A stretch of DNA of 64,000 nucleotides, taken from the NCBI GenBank assembly GCA_965197645.1, contig OZ240219.1:2592001-2656000 (forward strand). Reading direction: 5' to 3'. This document shows, in pieces, positions 48,013 through 56,313 of this stretch. Every line of letters begins with the position of its first letter. Positions within the stretch are counted from its first letter, which is position 1. The translations under genes and the position numbers were made by a program. Origin of the DNA: Dehalococcoidia bacterium (GTDB taxonomy: Bacteria > Chloroflexota > Dehalococcoidia > Plut-88900). The notes beneath the pieces are model-generated. The model was not told the origin of the DNA. It saw nothing but the letters and a program-made list of their open reading frames with translations, and searched no databases.

Positions 48013-48549
48013 ATGGAATCGTTTGTTTTCATAGTTATTGGTGCGGTGCTCTTCGCACAGGGTTGGAACCTGATCAGGGTAGTTGACCTGAGAACGGTGG
48101 GCTTTCTCGCCGGCGCTGGCGCCATTGGCATCCTGGGCGTAATCACCATAGGAGACATTCCAATGGCCTCCGATGGCATTTCCATGGCAGTAGCGGTGTC
48201 CATGGCCGTGTTGCTGGCCATGTACGCAGCGGTGTTGGCCGCCGTAGGCCTCTGGGACTTCGATTCCCGTACCCTGGGACTCTACTCCCTCTTCCTGGCG
48301 ATAGTCGTGCTGGTCCTTGGCGTCGGCGTTTACATTGGACTGATAGAGGACGCCAACCTTGAAATAAGCGACGCCGAAATCGTGCTAGGGGTAGGGATGT
48401 TGATCCTGGCGGCTCTGTTCGGCATGTTGTTCATCACCCTGGTACCGCCGCTCCGGAGGACGTATCAGACGATAACCGGTTACTGCGTCCTTGCCGGAGC
48501 CTCCGTAGTCACTCTACTTGGCCTAGTCGACTTCATAGAGATCGTGTAA
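48013..48549 (+). CDS. AmiS/UreI-like membrane channel
   Basis: About 6 TM helices; IGAVLFAQGWNL..D.R and D.R.LGLYSLFLAI resemble UreI/AmiS repeats; AAGGAG SD. Confidence 0.65.
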   Translation: MESFVFIVIGAVLFAQGWNLIRVVDLRTVGFLAGAGAIGILGVITIGDIPMASDGISMAVAVSMAVLLAMYAAVLAAVGLWDFDSRTLGLYSLFLAIVVLVLGVGVYIGLIEDANLEISDAEIVLGVGMLILAALFGMLFITLVPPLRRTYQTITGYCVLAGASVVTLLGLVDFIEIV

Positions 48550-48633
48550 GGACGTGTACAGATTGGCTACAACTAGGAACGGTCCATAGATCGGATCGTT
48601 GCGGGGACCACAAAACGAAATATCCCGTTGTCA

Positions 48634-48670
48634 GAAGAGGCGCTCCAGCCGGAGCGCCTCTTCCTTTTTC
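48634..48670 (+). terminator. Rho-independent terminator
   Basis: GAAGAGGCGCTCC-AGCC-GGAGCGCCTCTTC followed by CTTTTTC. Confidence 0.8.
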
Positions 48671-48814
48671 CCGATTGAATCTCGGCATTCGGTGACGGAT
48701 ATACGAGTCAGCTATGCCGATGTATCAATGCCCGGCCCCCAGAGCCAATCACTCCATGTGTCAAGGTTTTCCGCTTGTTTCATTATGTCAATACGAACCC
48801 CTCCCCTGCTGGTG

Positions 48815-48842
48815 CATGGACATAACATATATAGTGCGAACC
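48815..48842 (-). other. dif-like XerCD recombination site
   Basis: Minus strand GGTTCGCACTA-TATATG-TTATGTCCATG in an 11-6-11 layout; 19/28 identical to E. coli dif; AT-rich convergent intergenic region. Confidence 0.6.
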
Positions 48843-48915
48843 ACTTCCAGGATGTTATTATGTCAAAGCAAGCCTTGATTTTGGCTACGCTGCTAGGTCC
48901 TCCCTTGGTCCTATG

Positions 48916-49896
48916 TCAACCGCCAATTTCATGTCCCGATAGCGCCTGAAGCGCAGCCGTGTATGGGTCTATCCTGTCGGACTCAACCTCTTGTAGCAGC
49001 GTAGAAAGTCGACCATCAGCGCTCGTTTGTTGGACAACCTGCGCCTCGGCCTCGTCCCTTATCGTCTGGAGAAACTCGTTTCTCCGGCGAGCGCGGCGCC
49101 TTTCCTGTATCGTGCCCGTTTCCATGGAGCTTTGCCGGTGGGCCTCTATCGAATCGGCCAACCCTTCGATCCCAATACCCTCATTGGCCTGGGTGTCGAG
49201 GACCAGTGGGATCCATGGCCGGCCCTCGCTCCCCATGGAGAGCATCGATGAGACGTACTTGACCATATCGTTGGAGCCGGGCCTGTCCGACTTGTTGACG
49301 ACAAAGACATCAGCGATCTCCATTAGGCCGGCCTTCATCGTCTGCAGGGAGTCGCCCCCTTCGGGCACCAGGACCACCACCACCGTGTCGGCCACATCCA
49401 TGATGTCCAGCTCGGCCTGACCCACGCCCACGGTTTCCACGATAATGAAGTCGGCCCCGAAGGCATCAAGGCACTTGACGGCCCTTCTAGTGGTCTTAGG
49501 CAAGCCGCCGTGACTCCCCCTGGTCGCCATGCTGCGTATGAAGACTCCCTGGTCCCGGTAGTGTCTCTGCATACGCACGCGGTCGGCCAGTATGGCGCCG
49601 CCTGAAAAGGGGCTGGTGGGGTCCGCGGCCAGGATGCCGACCGTGGGCGAACCCTCCTGCTTTCGGAGATTGAAGATCAGCTGATCCACCAGGGTGCTTT
49701 TCCCCGCACCAGGTGGGCCCGTAACTCCCAGGCAGTAGCCCTTACCGGCATGGGGATGGACGGCCTTGACCACCTCAGCAACGTCCAAGCCATCTCTCTC
49801 TATGATGGTGAGGAGCCGGGCGAGGGCACGCTTATCGCCTGTTACGAGCCTTTGTATAAGCTCTTGAGGCGCCTTCTGCCGGCGGTTAGCAGTCAT
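48916..49896 (-). CDS. meaB: MeaB/ArgK methylmalonyl-CoA mutase-associated GTPase
   Basis: GVTGPPGAGKST, DPTSPFSGGAILADRVRM, FIRSMATRG, ETVGVGQ, VNKSD; ATG 49896 overlaps the LysR stop. Confidence 0.95.
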   Translation of the reverse strand: MTANRRQKAPQELIQRLVTGDKRALARLLTIIERDGLDVAEVVKAVHPHAGKGYCLGVTGPPGAGKSTLVDQLIFNLRKQEGSPTVGILAADPTSPFSGGAILADRVRMQRHYRDQGVFIRSMATRGSHGGLPKTTRRAVKCLDAFGADFIIVETVGVGQAELDIMDVADTVVVVLVPEGGDSLQTMKAGLMEIADVFVVNKSDRPGSNDMVKYVSSMLSMGSEGRPWIPLVLDTQANEGIGIEGLADSIEAHRQSSMETGTIQERRRARRRNEFLQTIRDEAEAQVVQQTSADGRLSTLLQEVESDRIDPYTAALQALSGHEIGG

Positions 49897-50825
49897 CCCT
49901 GACCGACATCGATCTCCATCGGAGTTTGCTGTGATCTCGCCCACTGGATGGCAAAGGAGAGGAACTCGTGCTGAAGCCTGCTGGTCAGGTGGTTCTCCAG
50001 ATATGTTATGTAAAGATGGCGTTTCAACTCAACACCCTCTATCTTCAGCGACCTTATTGAGCCGGATTCTATGCTCCTTCGGGCGGCGTAAGAGGAAACG
50101 AAGGCCACGCCAAGCCTGGCTTCCACCGCTGAGACGATGGACTGGGTGCTGCCGAAAACGGGGGCTCGCTGCCATTTGCGGCCATCGAAACCCGCTTCGT
50201 TCAGCAGCTTATAGACGCTTTCCATGGTACCCGAGCCCGACTCTCGTGTGATCAGCTTCTCCCCCTCCAGCTCCTCCAGGTTGATGGTCTGCCGTCGGGC
50301 GAAGGGATGGGACTCGGACACGATCAGCACGAGGTCGTCATCCAGGAACTTCTCGATATGCAGGCCCCTCCCTTCCACAGGCGCTCCTACGAAAGCCAGG
50401 TCACACTCCGCGCCGAGGAGCCGCTGCGATATAACCGCGGTATCTCCGATCTCCACCGAGGCCTCGACGGCGGGATGGACCGCCGAAAAATCTCCCAACA
50501 ATCGAGGTACGATGTACTCCCCAGGGACGGTGCTGGCGCCCAGCTCCAGCTTGCCGCTGACCTCGCCGGTCAGGCCCTGGAGCCGCTCCGACAGCCGGTG
50601 CTGCTCCGAGAGCACGTTGAGAGCGAAGCTGTGAAACTGCTCTCCCGCCGAGGTCATGGTCACCGAGCCTTCTTTGCGGTCTAGAAGGTGCATGCCCAAG
50701 TCCCGCTCCAGCTTCTGGATCTGATGGGTTACCGCCGGCTGGCTCAGGGAAAGACGCTTGGCAGCCTCCGAGAAGCTGCTTCGTTTGACCACCTCTATGT
50801 AGGTCTTCAAATACTCGAGATTCAT
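49893..50825 (-). CDS. LysR family regulator, CysL-type (selenium-metabolism-associated family-like)
   Basis: SFSEAAKRLSLSQPAVT HTH; GASTVPGEY, RESGSGT, GSTQSI; start at MNLEYL. Confidence 0.92.
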   Translation of the reverse strand: MNLEYLKTYIEVVKRSSFSEAAKRLSLSQPAVTHQIQKLERDLGMHLLDRKEGSVTMTSAGEQFHSFALNVLSEQHRLSERLQGLTGEVSGKLELGASTVPGEYIVPRLLGDFSAVHPAVEASVEIGDTAVISQRLLGAECDLAFVGAPVEGRGLHIEKFLDDDLVLIVSESHPFARRQTINLEELEGEKLITRESGSGTMESVYKLLNEAGFDGRKWQRAPVFGSTQSIVSAVEARLGVAFVSSYAARRSIESGSIRSLKIEGVELKRHLYITYLENHLTSRLQHEFLSFAIQWARSQQTPMEIDVGQG

Positions 50826-50840
50826 CCGGTTGATATGCCG

Positions 50841-50855
50841 ATAGAAGTTGGCTAT
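50841..50855 (+). promoter_or_regulatory. LysR-type T-N11-A operator
   Basis: Palindrome ATAG-AAGTTGG-CTAT between the divergent LysR and ABC operon. Confidence 0.65.
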
Positions 50856-50946
50856 ACTCTCCATTCAAGTTGTTTAACGGCTTGACTGGGCAGAGTACGC
50901 ATAGTCCCAGCCCACTGATTATAACCACTGGAAAGAGGAATTCACA

Positions 50947-51816
50947 TTGCGCAATCCGGTCAAGGCCATAGGACTGGTCCTATTGACGGTCCTGTTGCTG
51001 GCGGTTGCAGCCTGCGGAGACTCCGGCAAGACCCTTTACTTCAGCGGCATTCCCGACCAGAACGCTGCCGAGCTGGCGAGACGATACGGCGTGTTCTCCG
51101 ATTACCTGAGCGAACAGCTGGGTGTGGAGGTCAAGTTCATCCCCAGCGTGGACTATGCGGCGGTAGTAACCGGGTTCAAGACGGGGGACCTTCAGTTGGG
51201 CTGGTTTGGTGGCCTGACGGGCGTGCAGGCTCGCATAGCGGTACCCGACTCGGTGGCCATAGCACAGCGCCCCCGGGACACCGAGTTTCATTCCGAGTTC
51301 ATAGTCCAAGCGGACATAGAAGCTGATTCGCTGGAAGACCTGCGCGGGCTTACCTTCACCTTCGGCAGCGAAAACTCCACTTCAGGGCACCTGATGCCTC
51401 GCCATTTCCTGCTTGAGGCCGGCATCGACCCCGAAACCGATTTTCCCAGTGGACCCAACTACTCAGGGTCTCACGATAAGACGTGGCGGCTGGTCGAGAG
51501 CGGAGCGTTCCAGGCCGGGGCCCTTAACGAAGCGGTATGGGACAAAGCGGTCGAGGACGGCAGGGTGGACACCTCCGAGGTACGAGTGCTTGAAACGACG
51601 CCACCCTACTACGATTACAACTGGACCATCAGGGGCGATGTGGAGCAGGAGTTCGGCGCTGGATTCATCGAAAAGGTCAGGCAGGCGCTCCTGGATATAG
51701 ATGAGGAACAGCAGGAGATCCTGGACCTGTTCTCGGCGGAGGGGTTCATCGAGTCCGAAAACAGCAACTACGATGCCATACTCGATATAGCTAGAGACTT
51801 GGACATCGTTAGATGA
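50947..51816 (+). CDS. PhnD-family ABC substrate-binding lipoprotein ('putative selenate' subfamily)
   Basis: Lipobox AACG; IPDQ, DYAAVV, WFGGLTGVQAR, FTFGSENSTSGHLMP, SGSHD, GALN, PPYYDYNW. Confidence 0.9.
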   Translation: MRNPVKAIGLVLLTVLLLAVAACGDSGKTLYFSGIPDQNAAELARRYGVFSDYLSEQLGVEVKFIPSVDYAAVVTGFKTGDLQLGWFGGLTGVQARIAVPDSVAIAQRPRDTEFHSEFIVQADIEADSLEDLRGLTFTFGSENSTSGHLMPRHFLLEAGIDPETDFPSGPNYSGSHDKTWRLVESGAFQAGALNEAVWDKAVEDGRVDTSEVRVLETTPPYYDYNWTIRGDVEQEFGAGFIEKVRQALLDIDEEQQEILDLFSAEGFIESENSNYDAILDIARDLDIVR

Positions 51817-52604
51817 AAGTCGATCGAAACGGCAGCACGCCCATGTTCCTGCTTTCAGGCGCCGCCAAGCGGTACCCCGGCACCGTGGCGCTGGCCCCGA
51901 TCCGGCTGGAGATCGGACACGAGGAGCGGGTGGCCATCGTAGGGCCCAGCGGCAGCGGCAAGACGACCTTGCTTCACCTGCTGGGAGGTATAATCCAGCC
52001 CGACGTGGGAGGGGTTTTCATCGATGGGCGTCCCATGGCCAAGCAGTCCCCGGGACGAGAGCTGGCCGGCCTGGTGGGTATGATCCACCAACACTACGAC
52101 CTGGTCCCCAGGCTTTCGGTTGTGCACAACGTGCTGGCCGGGCGTCTCGGCTACTGGAGTTTCTGGCGCTCGCTGCTTTCCCTGGCCTCGCCTCAAGACC
52201 GCAACCATGCCCTAGAGGCCCTGAGGACGGCGGGAATCGAGGACAAGATAAACGAACGCACTTCGAGGCTCTCGGGGGGAGAACAGCAGAGAGTGGCCAT
52301 CGCCCGTTTGCTGGTGCAGGACCCCAGGGCCATCATCGCCGACGAGCCGGTGGCCTCATTGGACCCGACCCGCTCCACGGACCTGATGCGATTGCTGCGA
52401 GAGATAGCCGAGGCCTCCGGCAAGACCCTGGTCGCCAGCCTTCACTCCATTGAGTTAGTCAAGGAGCATTTCTCGCGGGTGATTGGACTGCGGGTCGGCG
52501 AGCTGGCTTTCGATATGCCGGTGGACCAATTGACCGACGAGGTCCTGGATGAGCTTTATCATATCGGAGAGACGGCAACCGACCGCCTGGTTCCGGTTTC
52601 TTGA
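51813..52604 (+). CDS. PhnC-like ABC transporter ATP-binding protein
   Basis: GPSGSGKTT, NVLAGRLG, LSGGEQQRVAIAR, ADEPVASLDP, SLH. Confidence 0.93.
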   Translation: MKVDRNGSTPMFLLSGAAKRYPGTVALAPIRLEIGHEERVAIVGPSGSGKTTLLHLLGGIIQPDVGGVFIDGRPMAKQSPGRELAGLVGMIHQHYDLVPRLSVVHNVLAGRLGYWSFWRSLLSLASPQDRNHALEALRTAGIEDKINERTSRLSGGEQQRVAIARLLVQDPRAIIADEPVASLDPTRSTDLMRLLREIAEASGKTLVASLHSIELVKEHFSRVIGLRVGELAFDMPVDQLTDEVLDELYHIGETATDRLVPVS

Positions 52605-53373
52605 GAGCCGTCGATTTCTAACAGTCCTGTTCCTGGCCGTACTGGCCTGGAGCCTCTACAACGTCGATTGGGGAGGCTCCATCATCCACACCGGCGGGGC
52701 ACGCTCCCTCGTAGACCTGGTCCGCACCTTCTTCACCCCTGAAATAGCGCCCTCATTTCTCAAGCTGGCCCTAGAAGCGACGTGGCTGACGGTGAGCTAC
52801 GCCGTTGCCGGCATCACCATCGCCATAGTGATAGGCCTGGTGATGGGAGTGATGGCTTCGGGTGTCCTGGCCCGGTCCGAGACCAACCGCCGCACGATGA
52901 TGATCGGCACCCGGGCCTTCCTGGCCGTCACCCGCTCGATTCATGAGCTGGTGTGGGCATGGTTCTTCGTGGTAGCCATCGGGCTGTCGCCCATGGCCGG
53001 GGTGCTCGGCCTCGCTATCCCCTACGGTGGCATACTGGGTCGGATATACGCCGATATCCTGAACGACGTGCCCCGAGAGCCGTTGAGGGCGCTTAGAGGC
53101 GCCGGCGCATCGGAGTGGAAGGTGCTGATATACGGCCGGCTCCCCATGGCCCTTCCGGATATGCTCAGCTACGGCTTCTACCGGTTCGAATGCGCTGTAA
53201 GGGCATCTGCGATCATGGGGTTCGTTGGTGTGGGCGGTCTCGGGCTGCAGATCCAGCTCTCCCTCGACGATCTGCTGTTCAACGAAGTGTGGACCCTGCT
53301 GTTCTTCCTCGTCGCCGTGGTGGTTGCGGTGGATTTGTGGAGCAGTGCGCTGCGCCGAAGGCTGACCAGATGA
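52549..53373 (+). CDS. PhnE-like ABC permease
   Basis: RSIHELVWA, LAIPYGG, YRFECAVRAS..MGFVG.GGLG. Confidence 0.9.
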   Translation: MSFIISERRQPTAWFRFLESRRFLTVLFLAVLAWSLYNVDWGGSIIHTGGARSLVDLVRTFFTPEIAPSFLKLALEATWLTVSYAVAGITIAIVIGLVMGVMASGVLARSETNRRTMMIGTRAFLAVTRSIHELVWAWFFVVAIGLSPMAGVLGLAIPYGGILGRIYADILNDVPREPLRALRGAGASEWKVLIYGRLPMALPDMLSYGFYRFECAVRASAIMGFVGVGGLGLQIQLSLDDLLFNEVWTLLFFLVAVVVAVDLWSSALRRRLTR

Positions 53374-54245
53374 ACCGTACCCTGCCGGAAGAGCAACGTC
53401 ATAGGACTCGATGGCCCAGGTTGGGGGTGGTACGGGGCTCGGTCATAGGAGCGGTGCTGCTGGCCGCGGCCTCTTGGGCCTACATATTCGCTCAGGACGA
53501 CAACGGGATCGGAGACCTGTTCTCGCCCGGTTCATGGGCAGCCGCAGGTGGCTTCATCATGGAGCTTCTGGGCATAGGCGTAGACAGGACGCCGGCCTTC
53601 TTTAGCTGGAGCTCATGGGTAAGGACCGCCGAGCTGGCCTATCGGACCCTGGCGATGAGCATCCTGGCAGCGGTTTTTGCCGGCGCGGCCGTGCTTGTCA
53701 CCTTCCTCTTCGGTGCTAGAAACGTGGCCTCGGGAGAGATCGGTTCCGGGAGTCCGTATCTTCGCTACAGCCTGTTCATTGCAGCACGAGTGCTCTTCAC
53801 CTTCTCCAGGGCCGTTCCCGAGCTGATCTGGGCGATGATAATCATCTTCGTTCTCGCGCCGGGGATACTGCCGGGGGCGTTGGCGCTGGCGATACACAAC
53901 TACGGCATTCTGGGCAAGCTCAGCGCCGAGGTGGTGGAGGACCTGGACATCCGGCCCAGTAGAGCGCTCCGCGGGGCCGGCGCGGGCAACTTCCAGATGC
54001 TCTTCTACGGCGTCCTGCCCCAGGTGCTGCCCCAGTTCCTCACCTTCCTGCTGTACAGGTGGGAAGTGATCATCCGCACCACCCTCATAGTGGGGTTTGT
54101 CAGTGCCGGTGGTCTTGGGAAGCAGTTCAAGCTGAGCATGAGCTTCTTCCACTACACCGATGTGACCCTGCTGTTGCTGTGGTACATCATCCTGGTGGTC
54201 ATGGTCGATCTGGTCAGCACATGGCTCCGGCGCAAGGCTCGATAG
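53370..54245 (+). CDS. PhnE-like ABC permease (second)
   Basis: RAVPELIWA, ALAIHN.G.LGKL, YRWEVIIR, GFVSAGGLG; ATGA overlap at 53370. Confidence 0.9.
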   Translation: MNRTLPEEQRHRTRWPRLGVVRGSVIGAVLLAAASWAYIFAQDDNGIGDLFSPGSWAAAGGFIMELLGIGVDRTPAFFSWSSWVRTAELAYRTLAMSILAAVFAGAAVLVTFLFGARNVASGEIGSGSPYLRYSLFIAARVLFTFSRAVPELIWAMIIIFVLAPGILPGALALAIHNYGILGKLSAEVVEDLDIRPSRALRGAGAGNFQMLFYGVLPQVLPQFLTFLLYRWEVIIRTTLIVGFVSAGGLGKQFKLSMSFFHYTDVTLLLLWYIILVVMVDLVSTWLRRKAR

Positions 54246-54252
54246 CCTGCAG

Positions 54253-54397
54253 TAGTCCTAACCGATCCCACTAGACTGCCACGCCCCGACTTTGTCGGGG
54301 TTCGCAATGACGAAGATAGGGATTCAATCTCACCGTGGCCGTCGTTGCGAGCGAGGGGGAGTTCGTCTTGAGGGGGGGAGGGAGCGAAGCAATCTAG
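54253..54397 (+). repeat. degenerate inverted-repeat element of the GTCATTGCGAG...GCAATCT type (REP-like)
   Basis: CTAGACTGCCAC..TCGCAATGAC (54271-311) facing GTCGTTGCGA..GAAGCAATCTAG (54341-97); internal hairpin CCCCGAC/GTCGGGG. Confidence 0.6.
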
Positions 54398-54431
54398 CCC
54401 GCTTCGACTGCCCCCTAGCCCCGCTCCAGGC

Positions 54432-54833
54432 CTAGTCCTTCGTGACGGCTATGACGTCGATCTCCACCAGGAGGTCGGGGTGGGCCAGTGCGACTACCAC
54501 GACACCGGTGGAGGTGGGCAGCGGATCGTCGGTGCCCAGGAACCGTCGTCGAACGGCGGATATCTTGGCAAAGTTGTCCGCCCCTACCACGAAGGTGAAC
54601 ACCTTTACTATGTCGCCCAGGCCCGATCCGGCAGCCTCCAGGACCTGCTTGATGTTGCCCCAGACGTACTCGGCCTGGGCCTCGACGTCCCCTTTGCCGA
54701 CCACGTCGCCGTCGGTCCCAAAGGCCACCTGTCCGGAAATGCGGATGGTGTTGCCGGTCTTAACGGCGTGGGATATCTTCAGATTGTCCTTGTACGAAAA
54801 TATCCCGTCTACGTTGATGGCTTCCCCGTTCAT
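54432..54833 (-). CDS. RidA/YjgF family protein
   Basis: SHAV, ISGQVA, QVLEAAG, LAHPDLLVEIDVIA. Confidence 0.92.
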   Translation of the reverse strand: MNGEAINVDGIFSYKDNLKISHAVKTGNTIRISGQVAFGTDGDVVGKGDVEAQAEYVWGNIKQVLEAAGSGLGDIVKVFTFVVGADNFAKISAVRRRFLGTDDPLPTSTGVVVVALAHPDLLVEIDVIAVTKD

Positions 54834-54849
54834 GTATACCTCCTTATGT

Positions 54850-55248
54850 CTAATCGTCCACGACGGCGATGGCGCCTATCTCTATCAGGATTCCCGGGGG
54901 ATACAGCTCCTTGACGACCACCCCTACGCATGCGGGCAACGGGTCGGTGTTGAAGTAGCGCTTGCGGGTCTCGGCAATCTTGTCCCAGTCACCGTTGTCC
55001 AGGATGTAGACATCGTAGTTGACCACATCTTTCAGGCCGGCTCCCGCTTCTTCCAGGACAGCTTTCATGTTCTCGAAGGAGTCGGCGCATTGGGCAGCGA
55101 CGTCGCCTTCGTGGAGAACGTTTCCTTCAGCATTGGTCGGCGCCATCCCTGAAATGTAGATGGTGTTGCCGGCCTTGACGGCGTGGGAGCTGGCGTACAT
55201 GTCATAGGGGTATATCTGAGATGTTTTTATCGCTTTACGCTCCATCAT
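54850..55248 (-). CDS. RidA/YjgF family protein
   Basis: SHAVKAGNTIYISG, AVLEEAGA, LIEIGAIA. Confidence 0.92.
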   Translation of the reverse strand: MMERKAIKTSQIYPYDMYASSHAVKAGNTIYISGMAPTNAEGNVLHEGDVAAQCADSFENMKAVLEEAGAGLKDVVNYDVYILDNGDWDKIAETRKRYFNTDPLPACVGVVVKELYPPGILIEIGAIAVVDD

Positions 55249-55458
55249 GTCCCTCCTTGGAGTGGGTCTCGTGCTAAGGCCCCGGAATTCCGCCGGCGAA
55301 AGTCGTTGTGTGTCCGGCCGCTATGGGAGCCAACGGGAGCAAAATGCTTCACTATCGCTGGCCTTTGGGACGTTCTGGAAACGGAACCCGGCTGACCAGC
55401 CGCTGCTCCGTACGTCCAAGGCATCAGCCCCGCAACCGTTATTCCTTCGACAGGGCGG

Positions 55459-56220
55459 CTATATGGCCATGTACCCGCCGTCGACGGTCATCGTGTGGCC
55501 GGTGACGAAGGAGGCGGCATCCGAACAGAGCCACACCACCGCTTCAGCTATCTCCTCCGCCTCACCCAGGCGTCCCATTGGAGTCTGAGCGATCATGCGG
55601 CGGCCGGATTCCGGGTCGGCTTCTATGCCGGGCACGGTCATCGGGGTCCGGATGTAGCCGGGACATACTGCATTGACCCGGATTCCTGCAGTAGCGTACT
55701 CCAGGGCCGCCACCCTGGTAACACCGACTACTCCATGTTTCGCCGCGTTGTAGGCGGTGCTCCCGGGAGCCCCGGCCAGGCCGTAGATGGAAGCGGTGTT
55801 CACAATCGACCCGCCTCCCTGCTCCTGCATGTGGGGTATCTCGTACTTCATGCACAGCCAGACGCTCTTCAGGTCGACGTTTATCACCCGGTCCCAGTCC
55901 TCTTCAGAAATGTCGACGGTGCTCGCGCCCCCTCCGGCTATCCCGGCGTTGTTGAAGGCGCAGTCCAGCCGGCCGTAGGTCTGGACCACCTTGTCGATGA
56001 GGGATTTGACCTCGTCGGAACTGGTAATCTCCACCTGGAACGCGGTGGCTTCGCCTCCCAGGTCCTCTACCATGCGAGCCGTCTCCTCCGCACCGGGGAG
56101 GTTAACGTCCGCAACGGCTACTTTAGCCCCCTCCCTGGCACAGGCCACACTGGTGGACCGCCCGATGCCCGAGCTCCCCCCGGTAACCAAAACGACTTTG
56201 TTCTCTAAGCTGGCCGCCAT
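55459..56220 (-). CDS. SDR family oxidoreductase
   Basis: TGGSSGIG, NNAGI, YNAAK, IRVNAVCPG, DGG. Confidence 0.95.
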   Translation of the reverse strand: MAASLENKVVLVTGGSSGIGRSTSVACAREGAKVAVADVNLPGAEETARMVEDLGGEATAFQVEITSSDEVKSLIDKVVQTYGRLDCAFNNAGIAGGGASTVDISEEDWDRVINVDLKSVWLCMKYEIPHMQEQGGGSIVNTASIYGLAGAPGSTAYNAAKHGVVGVTRVAALEYATAGIRVNAVCPGYIRTPMTVPGIEADPESGRRMIAQTPMGRLGEAEEIAEAVVWLCSDAASFVTGHTMTVDGGYMAI

Positions 56221-56313
56221 GTGTCTGCTCCTTCATCCGGCCCGCGCTCGCCGCAGCCCGGGCGGTTACCGGCCCGATTTATGAACCTTCTGGGAAACCG
56301 TAGGATACCAGAA

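Noticed and set aside
48670-48915. oriC
   Set aside because: AT-rich, but I saw no TTATCCACA-type DnaA boxes and no dnaA/dnaN nearby.
48756-48921. Stack of minus-strand sigma70 -35 boxes (TTGACA)
   Set aside because: None has a credible -10 at 16-18 bp and no minus-strand gene lies downstream; the XerD-arm reading fits better.
50947-54245. C-P lyase (phn) or phosphite-oxidation (ptx) operon
   Set aside because: No phnG-M or ptxD is adjacent; only the transporter genes are present.
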